A stretch of 64,000 nucleotides of DNA from Cyanophora paradoxa CCMP329 (GCA_004431415.1 QPMI01000601.1:124001-188000); one strand, 5' to 3'. Numbered from the stretch's first letter, positions 37,766 through 50,275 are shown. A program made the numbers and translations. The notes: generated by a model not told the origin, from the sequence alone.

Positions 37766-39000
37766 ATGATGTACGGGCAGCCTCAGCGAGGGCCCGCGGG
37801 CGTCTCTGCGCCCAGCAGCGGCAATTCGGTGCTGCAAAGTGCGTCCCGCCGCCTCCCGCCTCCTCCCACGTTCGAATGCTGACCCGCGCCGTCGTCGCTT
37901 TCGGCAGAGATTATCGACTTCTTCGTCACGCTCGCTCGTGAGGACAAGGCGAAGTGCGCCAGACGCTCCCGCCGCGCCTGCCGCCGCTGACCATCATCCC
38001 CGCAGCCTCATCCTCTTCGCCGCTGCCGTGGTCCGTCCCGTTCTCACGCCGCCGCTACATATGTGTTAGACTTAGCTAGCTGCCACGGCCTTCTCCACCG
38101 CGCGGCGGCGGGGGGCTCGCCATCCGTTGACTACCGCCGCTGAGCCGCCCGCTCGACACGCAGGCTGGCTTCTTCTTCGCCGAGATCGGTATCATCATTC
38201 TTCCTCGCGGTGAGGAGTACTGGGAGGTCCACCCCGACTACATCGGCCTGCAGGGCGGCATTGCACTGTTCGCTCTGCTGGTGTCCCTCGTCGTCGTCGT
38301 CGGCAGCGGCGCACGGCACAACCGCATTCTGCTGGCCGTATCCTTTTGCAGCCGCGCGTCCGGGGGGCTCTGTCGTCGCCTCTGTCGGCTCCTTTCCTTC
38401 ACCCGCCTCTTTCCGCAGGCCTACGGTCTCCTCCCCATGACGATCGCTCTGCTCATCTACGGCGCGCACCAGGCGACCGTCGTCACCTACTGGTGCCGGA
38501 AGTGCAACGAGACTTCGTGCCCGACGAACGCCGACTCGTGCCAGTCCGGCCTCGGCACCTTCATGCTCGGGCAGGTCATCCTCATCATCTCCACGGTCCG
38601 CCCGCCCCACCCGCCGCCCCGCCGCCCGCGCACGCGGCCGCCGACGCCGCCGCCTCAGATCCTCATGTTCATGGCGTCGATCAACCGGCGGGAGTTCATC
38701 CGCCAGACCGTCGGCGACCAGCCGCTCGTCCCCGCCGGCTTCCTCAAGTCGGACAACTGGAACTTCAACCTCCAGCAGATCGGCGCCAACCTCGCCAACC
38801 TCGGCGGCTTCGGCGGCGCCCCCGCCGGCCCCCCGCGCCCGCAGCAAACGTACGGCGGCGCCCCTCCCCCGTCCGCCCGCGTCTACCAGGTCCGGCCCTT
38901 CGCCTGCCCGCGCCCCCTTTCCTTTTCTTACCTTTCTCTGCTCGCAGCCCTCGACGTTCTCCGTCGAGACGGTACCCGTCCGCGGCGGCCTGTAGCCCTT
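37766..39000 (+). CDS. Multi-pass membrane protein (about 4 TM, Cys-containing loop), hypothetical; ends approximate
   Basis: Hydrophobic exons (AGFFFAEIGIIIL; GIALFALLVSLVVVVG; LLPMTIALLIYG; TFMLGQVILIIST) with loop CRKCNETSCPTNADSC. Confidence 0.55.
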
Positions 39001-39186
39001 CTCCTTTGTTTCGTAGACAGGACCCGTTTCCCGCCCGTCCCCTCGATTCCCCTCCTCGTCCCGAACCGAATTGCACAGCGTTCTTTCAGGCACGCGCCGC
39101 ACACCCGGGAGCCCCCTCCCCGCGCCCATCCGTCCGAGGCGCCTAGAGTCCTACTAGATTCCAGCCGGCGGGGCGCGCTCTGTACA

Positions 39187-42100
39187 TTACTGCGCGGCGA
39201 TCTCGACGAGGAGGGTGCTGGCGGGCAGCGGGCCGCCGTCCAGCGCCGAGTAGAGCGGCACGGCGCGCACGCCCGGCCGCAGGTTGAGCGCTGGGATGGC
39301 CCCGAACCTGCGCCCCCGAGCCCCTCGAAGTCAGGCCGCCCCGAATCCCGCCCCCCGCCCCCGCGCACGCGACGAGGTTCGTGGGGCTCCCTGCGCCTCC
39401 GAGCGTCGGCTCGAGGGGGCGGGGCGGGGCGCGTGGCGGGGCGCGCACCGTCGCCGACCAGGAAGCGGACGTAGGCGGTGGACGGCTGCGCGAGCGAGAA
39501 GGAGGCCCCCTGGTTGAACTGCGCCGCGACGCCCGTCCGCTCTGCGCCCCCGCCCCGCCCCGTCGCCGTCAGAGCGCGCTTGTGGCCGTGGTCCGGGTCG
39601 CTCGGGGGACTCGCCGGGGATGGGCGGCTGCACGCGGGGCGCATTGGCGTTGGCGTCGAGGGGGCAGCCGACGACGTCCATCCCCAGGACCGCCTCCGGG
39701 GGCGACCCCGCGCCGGCGCCCCGCCGCCGCAGCGGCAGCTGGCCCGTCCCCAGCGCCTGCCGTCGAGTTCGAGCCGCCGCCCCGGGCGGGGCGGGGCGGG
39801 ACCGGGCCCATCCGCGGGGGTACGCGCCTTGAGGGAAAGCGAGGCGCGGGCGACGCCCTCGGTCGCGAACGCAGCCGCAAGCGCCTCGCGGATCGCCTGC
39901 GCGGCCTGAGGGGGGTACGGCGGCGATTCTGAAAGAGGGCCCACCTCGTCGCCGCCGACGCCGCGGAGGCCGTCGGGCTTGAGGACGTAGCCGCAGCCGC
40001 CGTTGGCCGCGAACTTGGCCCGCGCCACCGCCTGCCGGCCCCGGGCGCCTAAGCGGGCGGCGGGGGGCGGGCCGGGGGCGTGCGCGCGATGGAGGGGTCC
40101 GAGGCGGCGCGGAAGTTGATGGGCACGATCTGCGGCGGGGCGGGGCCTGAGCGGGGGCGAGGCGGGGGACGGCTCGGCGGGGCGGGGCGGGGCGGGGCGC
40201 CTGGCAGCCGACGGCCCAGGCGGCGAGGGCGTTGGAGCCCGAGGCGGGGCCCCGGCCCCGCGTCCGCCCCTCCAGGCCCCGCACGCAGATAAGCTGCCGC
40301 GCCGCCATCCTGCGCTCCGCGTGAGGCTCGAGGCCGGCGGGGCGGGCGGGAGCGGGCGGGGCGGCACCGGGCGATGGCGGGGCCCTGGCGGGCGGCGGCG
40401 GCGAGGAGGCGGGAGACGCCGGCCGTCGGCACGCGGTCCTCCTCCCCGTCCGCCCGCCCGCTCACTGCAGAGCGCGAGGTTGGGCGCGGGCCCAGCGTAC
40501 GGGGGGCGGGCGGGGCGGCGGCACCGGTGTCGCCGGGGGCGACGAAAGGGACGCTCCGCAGGGCGATCCAGTCGGCGGCCGAAGGGCCCGAGCGGGGGCC
40601 CGGGGCCCCCGGCGCGATGGCCGCCAGGCCCCGCGCGAAGAGGCCCCCCGCCCCCGCCAGCACCCCCGAAGACGACGCCGACCCCGCCTCTCCTGCGCCC
40701 AAAGGGCTCAGGGGGGGTACTAAGGTACTCCAGAAGGGAAGGGCGGACCCTCTCCGTGGTAGTAGACCTTCCCGAAGTCGTAGCGCGGGCTACCCGGCGG
40801 GCTGGCGTCGCCCTGGAGGCCTCTGCGCCGCGGCGGCCCCTCGGCCCCCCGAACGGAAAGGGGGGCCGGCGGGATTCGAACCGGAACGCGACGTCGGGGT
40901 CGCCGACCTCGGACTCGAGGTCGATCTCGGGGTCCTCGAGGGGCCGCGCCTGCCGGGGTCGCCCTCAGCGATCGATCAAGTCAGAGCGCCCCCTGCGAGG
41001 TCGAAGCGGCGGCTCGCCATGACGAGGACGCGGCCGCGCAGGGACTCGGGGGAGCCGGAGGGGTTGCGGCAGATGCGCTCCCCAAAGCACGTCCGCAGCA
41101 GCGGCCCCAGCAGCCGCGACTGCTCCTCCGTGACCCGCAGGTCCAGCCCCAGGATCAGCGGGTACCTGGCCCCGCGTCGGCGGGGTACGGGAGGGGAGGG
41201 GAGGGGAGGGGAGGGGTACGGGGCGCACGGCGAGGTCTCGAAGGCGCACTCGCTGACGGTCTCGAGGACGGTCGCGAGGCGCACCCCCCCTTGCGCCGAC
41301 GTGGAGGGGTACACGACCGGCCCCGACGAGCTCGGGTACACCTCGACTGCGCGCGCGGCGCGCGGCGCGTCAGGGCACGCGTACCCCCCAGCAATCGGGT
41401 ACCCCCTCGGGCGCACTGTGGAGGCAGCGGACGCCGGAGAGGAGGGCCTCGCGGTAGGCCCCCAGGAGGGCGTCCCGCTCGACGGGCTCCGGGAAGAGCA
41501 CGGAGGCAGAGCTGACGTAGTAGTGCGCCAGCGGCTCGTCCATCGCCTGCGACGCCTGCAGGCCCCGCCCCCGCGTGAGCTGCCGGGGGCGGCTCCTTGC
41601 GCCCCGCCCCGCCCCGCGGCGCGCGCACCGGGGAGCGGGCGACGGCGCCGTTGGCGCCAGGGCGCGTGTCGAGCAGGGTCGCCGCGAAGCCGACGAGGGA
41701 GAGGCCCTGCGCGCGGAGCGGCTCAGATATGAGCTCCCGAAGGGGCGAGCGCTTGGCGGGGCGCACGCGGCCGCCCCTGGGAAGGTCGCCGCCGCGCTCG
41801 GCGACCGTGCGGGCGGCGGCCTCGCCGGCCGCCGCGCCGGCCTCGTGCTGGACGCCCTGCAGGAAGGCCCGCAGCTCCTCCTGCGAGAGCGCCCCGTCCC
41901 CCCCGCCCGCCCGCCGAACACCTCCACCTGCCCCCCGCACGCGACGGGTCGGACAAGGAGGGGCGCAGGCGCCGGGGCGGGGGGGGGGGGGGGGGGGGGG
42001 TACGGCGCACGACTTCGGGGCGGCGGAGGAGGCGGGCGGCGACGTGGGCGAAGAGGTCCCAGCCCAGCGTCGCCGGCGCGCTCCGGTCCGACGCGCCCCC

Positions 42101-43985
42101 GTTCCCCTGCGCCCCGCCGCCCCCGTCGCCCTCCCGTCTCCCGTGCCCGCGGTGCGCGCGCGCGGGCCTTTGCGGCGTCGACGAGCTCGAAGCGGAGGCA
42201 GATCTCGCCCGAGACGCGCCCGCTCTTCCCGGGGCCGCACACCAGCGGCAGCCTGCGCGCCCCCGCCCATGCCGAGCCGGCGCCGCCTCAGCGGCCGGCG
42301 GCGCCGAAGCAAGGGGAGGCGAGGGGGGCGGCTCGCCACTGCGGGTGGGCCCCGCGCTGCATTGCGTCCTGCAAGGGCATGGCTGCGCAGCGGGCGCGTC
42401 AGGCCAGGGGGCTAGGGCCGCGGAACGGGGCGCAGGCAGGCGGCGGCGCGCCGATCTCGCCCATGTAGTCGTCCCTGGAGATCAAATCGTGGTCGTAGAC
42501 GGAGAGCGTGAGGGTCTCCCCCAGGGCCACCCCCCGCAGGTCGAACACCAGCGCCTGCTGGCCCCCCGGGGGGAGAGACGGTAAGGCTCGGCGGGGGTAC
42601 GGGGGCAGCGAGGGGGAGGGTACGCGGACCTCGTTCCAGGAAGGCTCCAGCGTGTTGTTCTTGTGCTCGGTCTTGTGCGTCTGGGAGCCTAGCGGCTTGC
42701 GCGTCGGCGGGGGGTACGATACGCAAGGAGAAGACGAGGCGGAGCGCACCCAGCTCGCCCTTGACGTAGGGGTCTGGCGGGGGAGGAAGGGCGTCGGGTG
42801 GGGTACGCGGCGCCGGACGCTTAAAGGGGGCTACACACCGCTGGTCTTGCCGTCCTTGGGGGCGAGGTTGCGGCCGCCGACGACCGTGACGCACAGGCCC
42901 TCCTTCTTGCTCTCCTGCGGGGTGCGCGACCGTTGGTGAGGCCGGGCGGGCCGGGAAGCGCCACCGCGGGGGTTCGAACCCGCGCCAGGCGCTCGATGTA
43001 CTCGGGGGACGCTGGGAGGCCCTTCCTGGGGGTACGTGAGACTCGGGGAAGAAAACACAGGCCCTGGAAAGCTCTCACTTGGTGAGAAGCTTTGAGGCTT
43101 CGGCCTGCGTAGCAGGGGTCGGTCGGGGAGGGGCGGGGGCCCGAGGCGCGGGAGGGGTACCGCGGTCAGATGGCCGTCCGCCTGTCCGTTCGTCGCCTCG
43201 TCCCAGATGCGCTTGAGCGCCTGGGGGGTATGACGTGAGGCGGGCGGGGCGGCAACGGAGGGGGAAGAGGAAGGGGAGAAGGGGCGGACCTGGACCTCGG
43301 CCTTGGCCATGTCGGCGGGGGGCGCGGAGATGGTGCTGGCGGTGCGGGCGAGGACCCGCGCCCCGCTGCTCGCCTTCTGGAGCGACTGCAGCTCGGCCGG
43401 CACCGCGGCCGCCGCGCCTGCCGGGGCCCCCGGCGCGGCGGGCTGCGGCGGGGCCGCCCTGCCCAGCAGGCCGCGGAGAGCGCTGACCCAGCGCTGCTGC
43501 ATCTCCCGGTCCGCGGCGATGAAATCGATCGTGGCCTGGTTCTGCGGGCGCGGCGTCGGAGGCCCTCTGACCATCAGGAGCGCGCCGCGGGCCGGCGCGC
43601 ACGTCGAGAACGATCGAGAACGCCTCGCTGCGCGCGTGCTGGCTGAAGCGCTTGAACGTGTCCGAGCGAGGGCCCTCAAGGACATCCCGGAAAGAGGACT
43701 TCGGCCCTGCGCTGCGGAGTGAGGGGCGGCCTTCTCTGCTCTGAAGCGCCAGGACGGTCCACGCACATTCCTGGGGCTTCTTCCGGAACTTGCCAAGCGT
43801 CTGCGCGTGCGTTCAGTCGTGGGAACGGCTGCGGACCGCGACGACGCAACCGTGCAAAATACGGCGTCGCCCTCGTCCGTGAAACGGATACGCCTGGACT
43901 TGACATCGCCGTCCTTAGCCTCGACTAGCTGCACCTCGTCGCCGCTGCAGCAGCGGCGCCAAGCGGTGGGGTCGGGTGCGGCCAT
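39187..43985 (-). CDS. Phosphoinositide phospholipase C-like protein (PH-like, extra C2, EF, X, Y, C2), catalytic residues degenerate
   Basis: MDEPLAHYYVSS, YREALLSGVRC, AFETS/YPLILGLD, SPESLRGRVLV (X box). AWAVGCQ/IVPINF, KFAANGGCGYVLKP (Y box). LRPGVRAVPL..LPASTLLVEI* (C2 end). Second C2 at ~42400-42900. Confidence 0.8.
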
Positions 43986-44266
43986 CAAAGCTGGCTGATA
44001 GCTTTGCAAGGCTGCTGGCTAGTTCGGCAGTGCAGGCGTTAGCTGCGGTTAGCAGTCTCGGCGGGGTACGCCTCTCAAGATCAGCTCGCAAACATTTCTT
44101 GGAGTCGACGACTCGACGTCCTTGGCGCGTCAGCGTCCCCGCAACGCTCCTGGCCCAGCAAAGCTGCCCACCCTCGCTTTGCTCGAGCACTTCCAGCCTT
44201 CGCGAATCGAACCAGCAGAGACCGGAGCACCGAGTCAGCAGATCGCTAGACGTCAGGAAGTAGAAG

Positions 44267-45585
44267 ATGGGATCGTCGAACGAGGACAAAATCAAAGCTT
44301 CGCTGAAGAACCTGCTGCCCAGCCTTCCCGATGAGAAGACGGAAGCCCTTTGGACGTCAGCGGCGGAGAAGGGCGACGTGGCGAAGATCAAGTGCGCCTG
44401 CTCGCTCTGCTGATGCACGTACGCTGGCGCTGACGGTCCGCATCCGCCGTCGCAGGGAGTTGCTCGTGAAGGCGAAGGAGATCAGTGCCGGCATGGAGCA
44501 CCACCCAGAAGCGCTCGTCGCCGCCGTCCGCAACGGGCACATAGAAGTCGTAAAGTGCGTCGATCCCTCGTGCTAGGGCCGAGGCGCGTAGCTAACGCCA
44601 GCGGTCCGCGGCGCCCAGGCTGCTCGGCTTCCCCGATGCGCGTTACTGGCACGCGGAGAGGGTTAAGAGCAAGACGATCCTGCGCTGGATGATTGGCCAC
44701 CTGAAGGAGAAGACGCCGTACGAAGATTTGATCCGCCGCTGCAAGATGGGCAACTTCAACGCGTGCTTCATGTTCGCGAAGGCGGCCCTGGATGCGGCGA
44801 GCTCCGCGGTGTGCCGAGCAAGATTTGATCTAATCTCCGCCCCGCGCGCCCCGCGCCCGCTCACCGCGCCCGCAGACCGAGTCGCAGGAGGCGGAGGACC
44901 TCCAGAAGCTCGCGAACGACTGCATAGAGTTCGCCGTGAAGCTCCTCGACGAGCAGTGCGAGATCCCGTACCCCGCACGCGCCCGCCGCCCGCGCCCCGC
45001 CGCCCACGCGCCTCCGCGCAGGTACCGGACGACCTTGTACAAGGCGAGCCACGACCCGCAGGCGCAGGTCGAGCTGCTCCTCATGGCGCGCCCGCACCCT
45101 CCAGGAAGCGCGTACCTGCGGGCCGCCCTGAACCCGTACCCCGCAGCTGGAGTTCCAGATCGGGACGCGGACGACCCTGGACATGGCGAACGAGCTGAAC
45201 GCGACGCAGTTCCTCTCCCACCCCCTCGTGAACCTGTGCGCGTACCCGTACCCCCGCCCGCGCCCCCGTCCCAGCCCCCTCGCGAGCGGGGCGGGGGCGC
45301 GGGGGCAGGTACATCAACCTGAGCAAGGGGGAGGAGGGGAAGGAGCACGCGAAGCGGGACGACGACTCGTCGGAGTGGATCTACTGGGCCGTCGGCGCCG
45401 TCGCCCTCCTCTCCATCGCCATCGCCGTGCCCGCCCCTCCCCCCTCCCCCGCCCGAGGCCGCCCCGCCCTGAGCGGCGCCCGCCCCGCCCCGCAGCTCTA
45501 CATCCTCTTCACGGCGGGTGCCTCGAGCCGCGCGGCGCCCCCGAGCTTCAACAAGTTCGACGCCTCCAAGGGCTTCCGCGACTAG
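44267..45585 (+). CDS. Ankyrin-repeat protein with TRP-channel-like linker helices and a single C-terminal TM segment
   Basis: AAEKGDVAKIKELL, ALVAAVRNGHIEVVK (ankyrin). LQKLANDCIEFAVKLLDE and TTLDMANELNATQFLSHPLV (TRP linker-like). WIYWAVGAVALLSIAIA/LYILF, then stop. Confidence 0.6.
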
Positions 45586-46491
45586 CCCCGCAGCCGCCCA
45601 CGGGCGCGGCGCCGGCCGCCGCCCCGCCTCCGCGCATCCCCGCTCGAGCCGAACCCTGCTAGGATACGCCCCCCTGCCCCCCGAACCCATGCAGTGCCCT
45701 TCCTTCTCGTCGCCAGCGCGCGCCTGTTTTGAATTCGGAAAATCTGCGTTCCCGAGGCGTGCACTGACAGCGCTAGCGGGGCTGCGAAGGCAGCGAGCGC
45801 GCGGGCCGGCGCCTCGGCCACGTATGCATCCTCATTTCCCGGCGTTGGCGACTTCGGTTCCGAGAACGTCGGGCCTAGGCGTGCCACGGTGCCCGGCGGC
45901 CTGCAGATGCGCATATATATATGCATGCAGGATGCGTGCGCTTCTGCGGCATTACTACATGTACAGTACGTATACACGTACGTATACAGCCTGCGTTGTG
46001 TGCACCGAACTGTGAGCTCTCAGCGGCTTGAGGATCCGGAATTTATTCACTGATCGATGGGATCGTTCTGACTGGGGAACTATCGGATTTCGAGCTTTGA
46101 TGTACCAGCTATCATAGTATTACATCGTTTGCGCCACGGCGAGGCTTGACTGCCACTTGATATGCAACTATTAAATGGGATATCAAAAAAAGTGCTCGTA
46201 CTATGGTACAGGGGACTCCGAGGGGAGAGGAGTTGAGAGCGCGATTCCGAAAAATTGCTTCGAACAAGAAATTAATGAAACCAGATACTTATACACCTGT
46301 TGCAGAATGCACGCACTGTCACAGTGTCCGCGATCGTGGGCCTAGAATGCTAGCTGATATCATCGCTTCTACAGGAGCTATCGCTACACGCATGAAACCA
46401 AGCACTCGGGACTCCATGGACGAAAAAAAGAAAGCCGCGTCGCACGCGCTGCAAGAAGCGGGCGGGGCGGGGCCGGCGCCTGAGCCGCGCC

Positions 46492-47879
46492 TCAGAGGTT
46501 GACGGAGGCGCGCGGGGCGGCCTCGAGGCCGAGGCGGGCGCGGTTGAGGAGGGCGAAGCGGAGGAGGGAGCGGGAGGCGTCCTGGCTCGAGCTCCGCCGC
46601 CGCTCGATCGCCGGCAGCGCCCCCCGCTCCCCCTCGTACGGCGGCTCCCGCTCCGGCGCGCTCAGCCGCCGCGCCCGCGGCCGCACCGCCGCCCCCTCCT
46701 CCCCCTCTTCCTCCCCCTCCTCCTCCTCCTCCTCTTCGGGGCGTCCAGGGGAGCCAGGCCCCGTCCCGGACGAGGGTGCGGTCTGGAGCGGGGGCAGCGG
46801 GCCGTGGCGGAGCCGCGCGAGGGGCCGGGGCGGCGGGGCCGGCGGGCTCGAGGGGGCCGGGGCGGAGGCGGCGCGCTCCCTGCTGGAGGGGATGCAGACG
46901 CCGAGGCGGACGGCGGAGGGGTCGGCGAGGCGCCGCGCCAGCGCCGAGCGCGGCGAGGAGAGGTCGGGGCACGTGATCGCCGCCAGCAGACGCCTCAGGA
47001 ACCGCAGCTCCCTGCGGGCGCGCCCCGGCATCGGCGGCGGCGGGCGCGCGGGCGCGGGGCGGGGCGCACAGATCTGGGCGGGGCCCCTCGGCGGAGCACC
47101 AGCGCTCGGCGAGGCTCTGCATCATTCGCAGGAATCTCGCCCGCGACACCGACGCGCCGCCCTGCCGGTCCCCCGCCTCAGACTCCGGAACGGGTCGCAG
47201 CGAGGGCCGTGGCCGCCGCGTTGCGGGGAGGGCGGGCGGGGCGGGCCTGCGCGTCGGCGAGGAAGTCGCTGCGGGCGCGGCGCAGCGCGTCCGCCTCGTC
47301 GAACGTCGATCGGAGCGCCCGGAACATGCACTGGTGGAACTGCACGTACCGGCCCTGCTCCAGGCCCGCTGCCGCGCCCCCCGAGACCGCGAGCCACAGC
47401 TGGGGGCGCGCGACCGCGTCAGTTCTGGAGTCTGCAGTTGGGCCCACACCCGCATCCAGACCTCGTCGATTGTTCGTAGTATTTCGGAGCGCTCGCCCGC
47501 GGCTGCTGGGGCGTTCGGCACGTCGATGCCGCCGATGCCGCGGGTACCGGTCGGCGCCGCTTGCCGTAGCGACGTCGACGGCCGCGCGGGGGGCACGCCG
47601 GGGGGTGGCGTCGGCACGCGTACGATGGGCCTGGCGGGGCTTCCGGATCCCGACCGCGGCACCGGCCGCCCTTCCGACTTCGATGACGAGCTCGAGGGCG
47701 ATTCCATACGCTCGCGGGGCTGCGCGTGCGTCCCGGCGCCAGCAGCTGGGCCTTGAAATTGGCTGGAAGTCGGGTCATCCCGCGAGCTCGAGCGGTCAAA
47801 GACGCTGAGGAGCCTCCCGAAGAGGCTGGACGAGGCGGCCGCTGCGGAGGCGGGCTGCTCGCCGCGCAACCCCCGCATG
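46492..47879 (-). CDS. Multi-exon hypothetical protein (start may be further upstream)
   Basis: YVQFHQCMFRALRSTFDEADALRRARSDFLAD, FLRMMQSLAERW, FLRRLLAAIT. Ends SVNL* at 46492. Confidence 0.5.
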
Positions 47880-49071
47880 GCCGCGCGACGCGCCCCCGGG
47901 ACCACACTCGCCAGCCCCCTCCTCGTCTGCTGCAGCTGCTGGCCGCCGGCGTCGGCTCGCTGCTCGGCGCTCAGTTGCCGGCGGCGGCGCGGCGGCTGTG
48001 GGGGAGACGAGCGCACCAGCAGTGGTCCAGCACTATATTACTGCGGCCGCAGTGCGGCGCCAGCTGCCTCTGACTCACCACCGGTACGGCGGTACGCCGG
48101 TACCGCGGCCGCGCGGGCGTGCGACGCACGCGGCACGCCGACGCTTAAGCTTTGATCGACGTGATGAACCGTGAACGCCGGCGCAAGCTATACTCCCTCC
48201 ATCACGCGGCTTCGCGCGCCGGCTGATGAGCACGGCTCATCATGATCATGCTCATCATGATATCGATCAAGATCTAGATTCTAGAGCCGCTGAGCGCACT
48301 TGTGCCACGGTGAATCGTCGGTGATCATGATCGTGAAGCAGCTAGCGCGCGCGCTAGCTAGCGCTGGCTACTAGTGGCCGCGGCTAGCGCGCGGAGCGCC
48401 GCCGCTGCGCCGGAGGCCCGGAGCTCGAGCCCGGCGGCCTAGCGCTAGCGCTAGCGTCGACGTCGACGTCGACGTCGACGTCGACGCCCCCGCGGCCTAG
48501 GGTGGAACTTTTTTTGGGAGAGGGTACAGTAGTGCTGCCGGTTCGACGAAAATATAATCTGTCGGTTCGGTGACCTCTAGATCTGCATATGCTGACTCCG
48601 TGAGTGACGTCGACGTCGACGGCGATGGCGACATGCGCATGCGCATGCGCATGCAGGCTGATGCAGCATGCAGCATGCTCGATCGAGGGATCCGGATTCC
48701 GCGGAGACTCGAAGTGTCCGCTTCAAATTCGAGATCTAGAGGTGCACGTACGTGACGAATCACTGACGATGGGGCCACAGAATTATTGATAGATCGATAT
48801 CGAGCTTTATATATATATAACTTGTGCGTTTGCATGCGCAATATTGATATCACATTTAATAAATTAAGCTCTCTCAATTATATATAAACGCTATATAGCG
48901 CTAGCGCTATAAATTGGATATTAAATTAAGTTTTAAGGATCTCTATTGCACAAGAATTCGCGTGTTCACTGCATGATTGTGCGCACGACGCCGCACGTGC
49001 ATGCAACGGTGCAAGTTTTGCTTTTTCGTTTCTCCTGACAAAAACACTGCAAAGAAATAGTGGACCAGTGG

Positions 49072-49591
49072 CAGTGATGGAATTAATAATAAACCCCAAA
49101 AAGGGACTTTATAAGAATGATTATTAATAGTTAATAATTAGTTATTAGTAGATTAATAAATACTTCCTCATAGAAGCGCGAAACCACGCGTTGAAGGAGC
49201 GCTGCGGCACGTTTCTGGTGCTAAACACTCTTATATAAGCTGCTTTAGCATTGCGAGTGCCCTCTATATCTGTTGGGGATCGAATAAAAGGGTTAAAGTG
49301 CGACCAAGGGGGTACTGGATGGTCTGAGCTGCCGTCTGATCAGCTTATGAGCGTCATATCAAGCTGCAGAAGTGCCCAGAAGGTCTCTAGACGTGCATAG
49401 AACTGCTTTATATCGCTCTAGCATGCACAGATTCGTCATAGAGTGCAAGAAATGGTGTATCTATGGGTACCCCCCTAAACTAATAAACGTTATTAATAAG
49501 AATGGCGGTTCTGGGACCTTATTAATAACGTATTATTAATTAGTTATTAATTAGCTAATAAAAAAGGTTATGAATAAAGTTCCCATCACTG
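49072..49591. mobile_element. hAT-type MITE (520 bp)
   Basis: TIRs CAGTGATGG(G)AA...TTCCCATCACTG. 8-bp TSD ACCAGTGG at 49064-49071 and 49592-49599. Subterminal TTATTAATA repeats. Confidence 0.85.
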
Positions 49592-49614
49592 ACCAGTGGA
49601 CCAATTAGCTATTG

Positions 49615-50037
49615 TTTTTTGGTGAATTACCGGCCAGCTGCAGTGGGCCGTGGGCCGTGGCCCGTGGGCCGTGGCCACAGTCTCTACTACGACTCTCTAG
49701 ACACCAGCAGGTCCAGCACTGCGGGGGCTGCCCAAGGGGCATAAAGACAAAAAAGCAAAATAACTAAGACAATAGAGCACGAAGAAAGACAAGACAAAGA
49801 GCCAAAATCGACAATAAAAAAGAAAAGACACAGAGACAGATCGAGAAGCCTTTTTTTTGGTGAATTACCGGCCACCGTGGCACAGCCTCTAGTCTACTCC
49901 AGCACTTTGATTCCAGGCTTTGAAGAGACGACTCGGCGATATATCATATATAAGCGAACCAGTCCGAGCAAATCTAGTGAGAGAGGATGACAGACAGGAA
50001 GAAGAGCTAGCTTTAGCTAAATAGAGCTAGAGATCTA
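49615..50037 (-). mobile_element. Two decayed 3' ends of a poly(A)-tailed retroelement family (tails at ~49615 and ~49851)
   Basis: Poly-T followed by GGTGAATTACCGGCCA twice. The same 3' end is found undegraded at 51555-51612. Confidence 0.65.
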
Positions 50038-50275
50038 GATACGATTAGGGCTGGGTCCAGTGAGATCAGTGGAGGGTCGAGGGTCTCACTCCACTCACTG
50101 AGTGAGGATTTTGGCTCACTCGTACAAAGCAAAATGTATGGGGCGAGTGAGCCGGACCTCAGCCCGCGCCGCGCGGGGGGGTATCTGGCGCCATAAAATC
50201 ACGACCCAGGCGCCCCACCTAACGATTTGGGGGTACTTTTGAGTCAGATCTACATGCATATGCGTGTAGCGTAGC

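Noticed and set aside
46203-46502. ORF with CxxCH (cytochrome c-like) motif
   Set aside because: Short ORF in an intergenic, TE-like tract with no other cytochrome features. Likely chance.
11500-48100. Hundreds of long Pro/Arg/Gly/Ala-rich ORFs in the six-frame track
   Set aside because: Artefacts of very high GC and intron read-through. Real coding exons are short and were recognised by motifs instead.
48300-48500. Dense restriction-site-like palindromes suggesting a cloning polylinker/vector contamination
   Set aside because: Same texture recurs in several intergenic tracts and inside decayed TE copies, and no vector backbone is visible.
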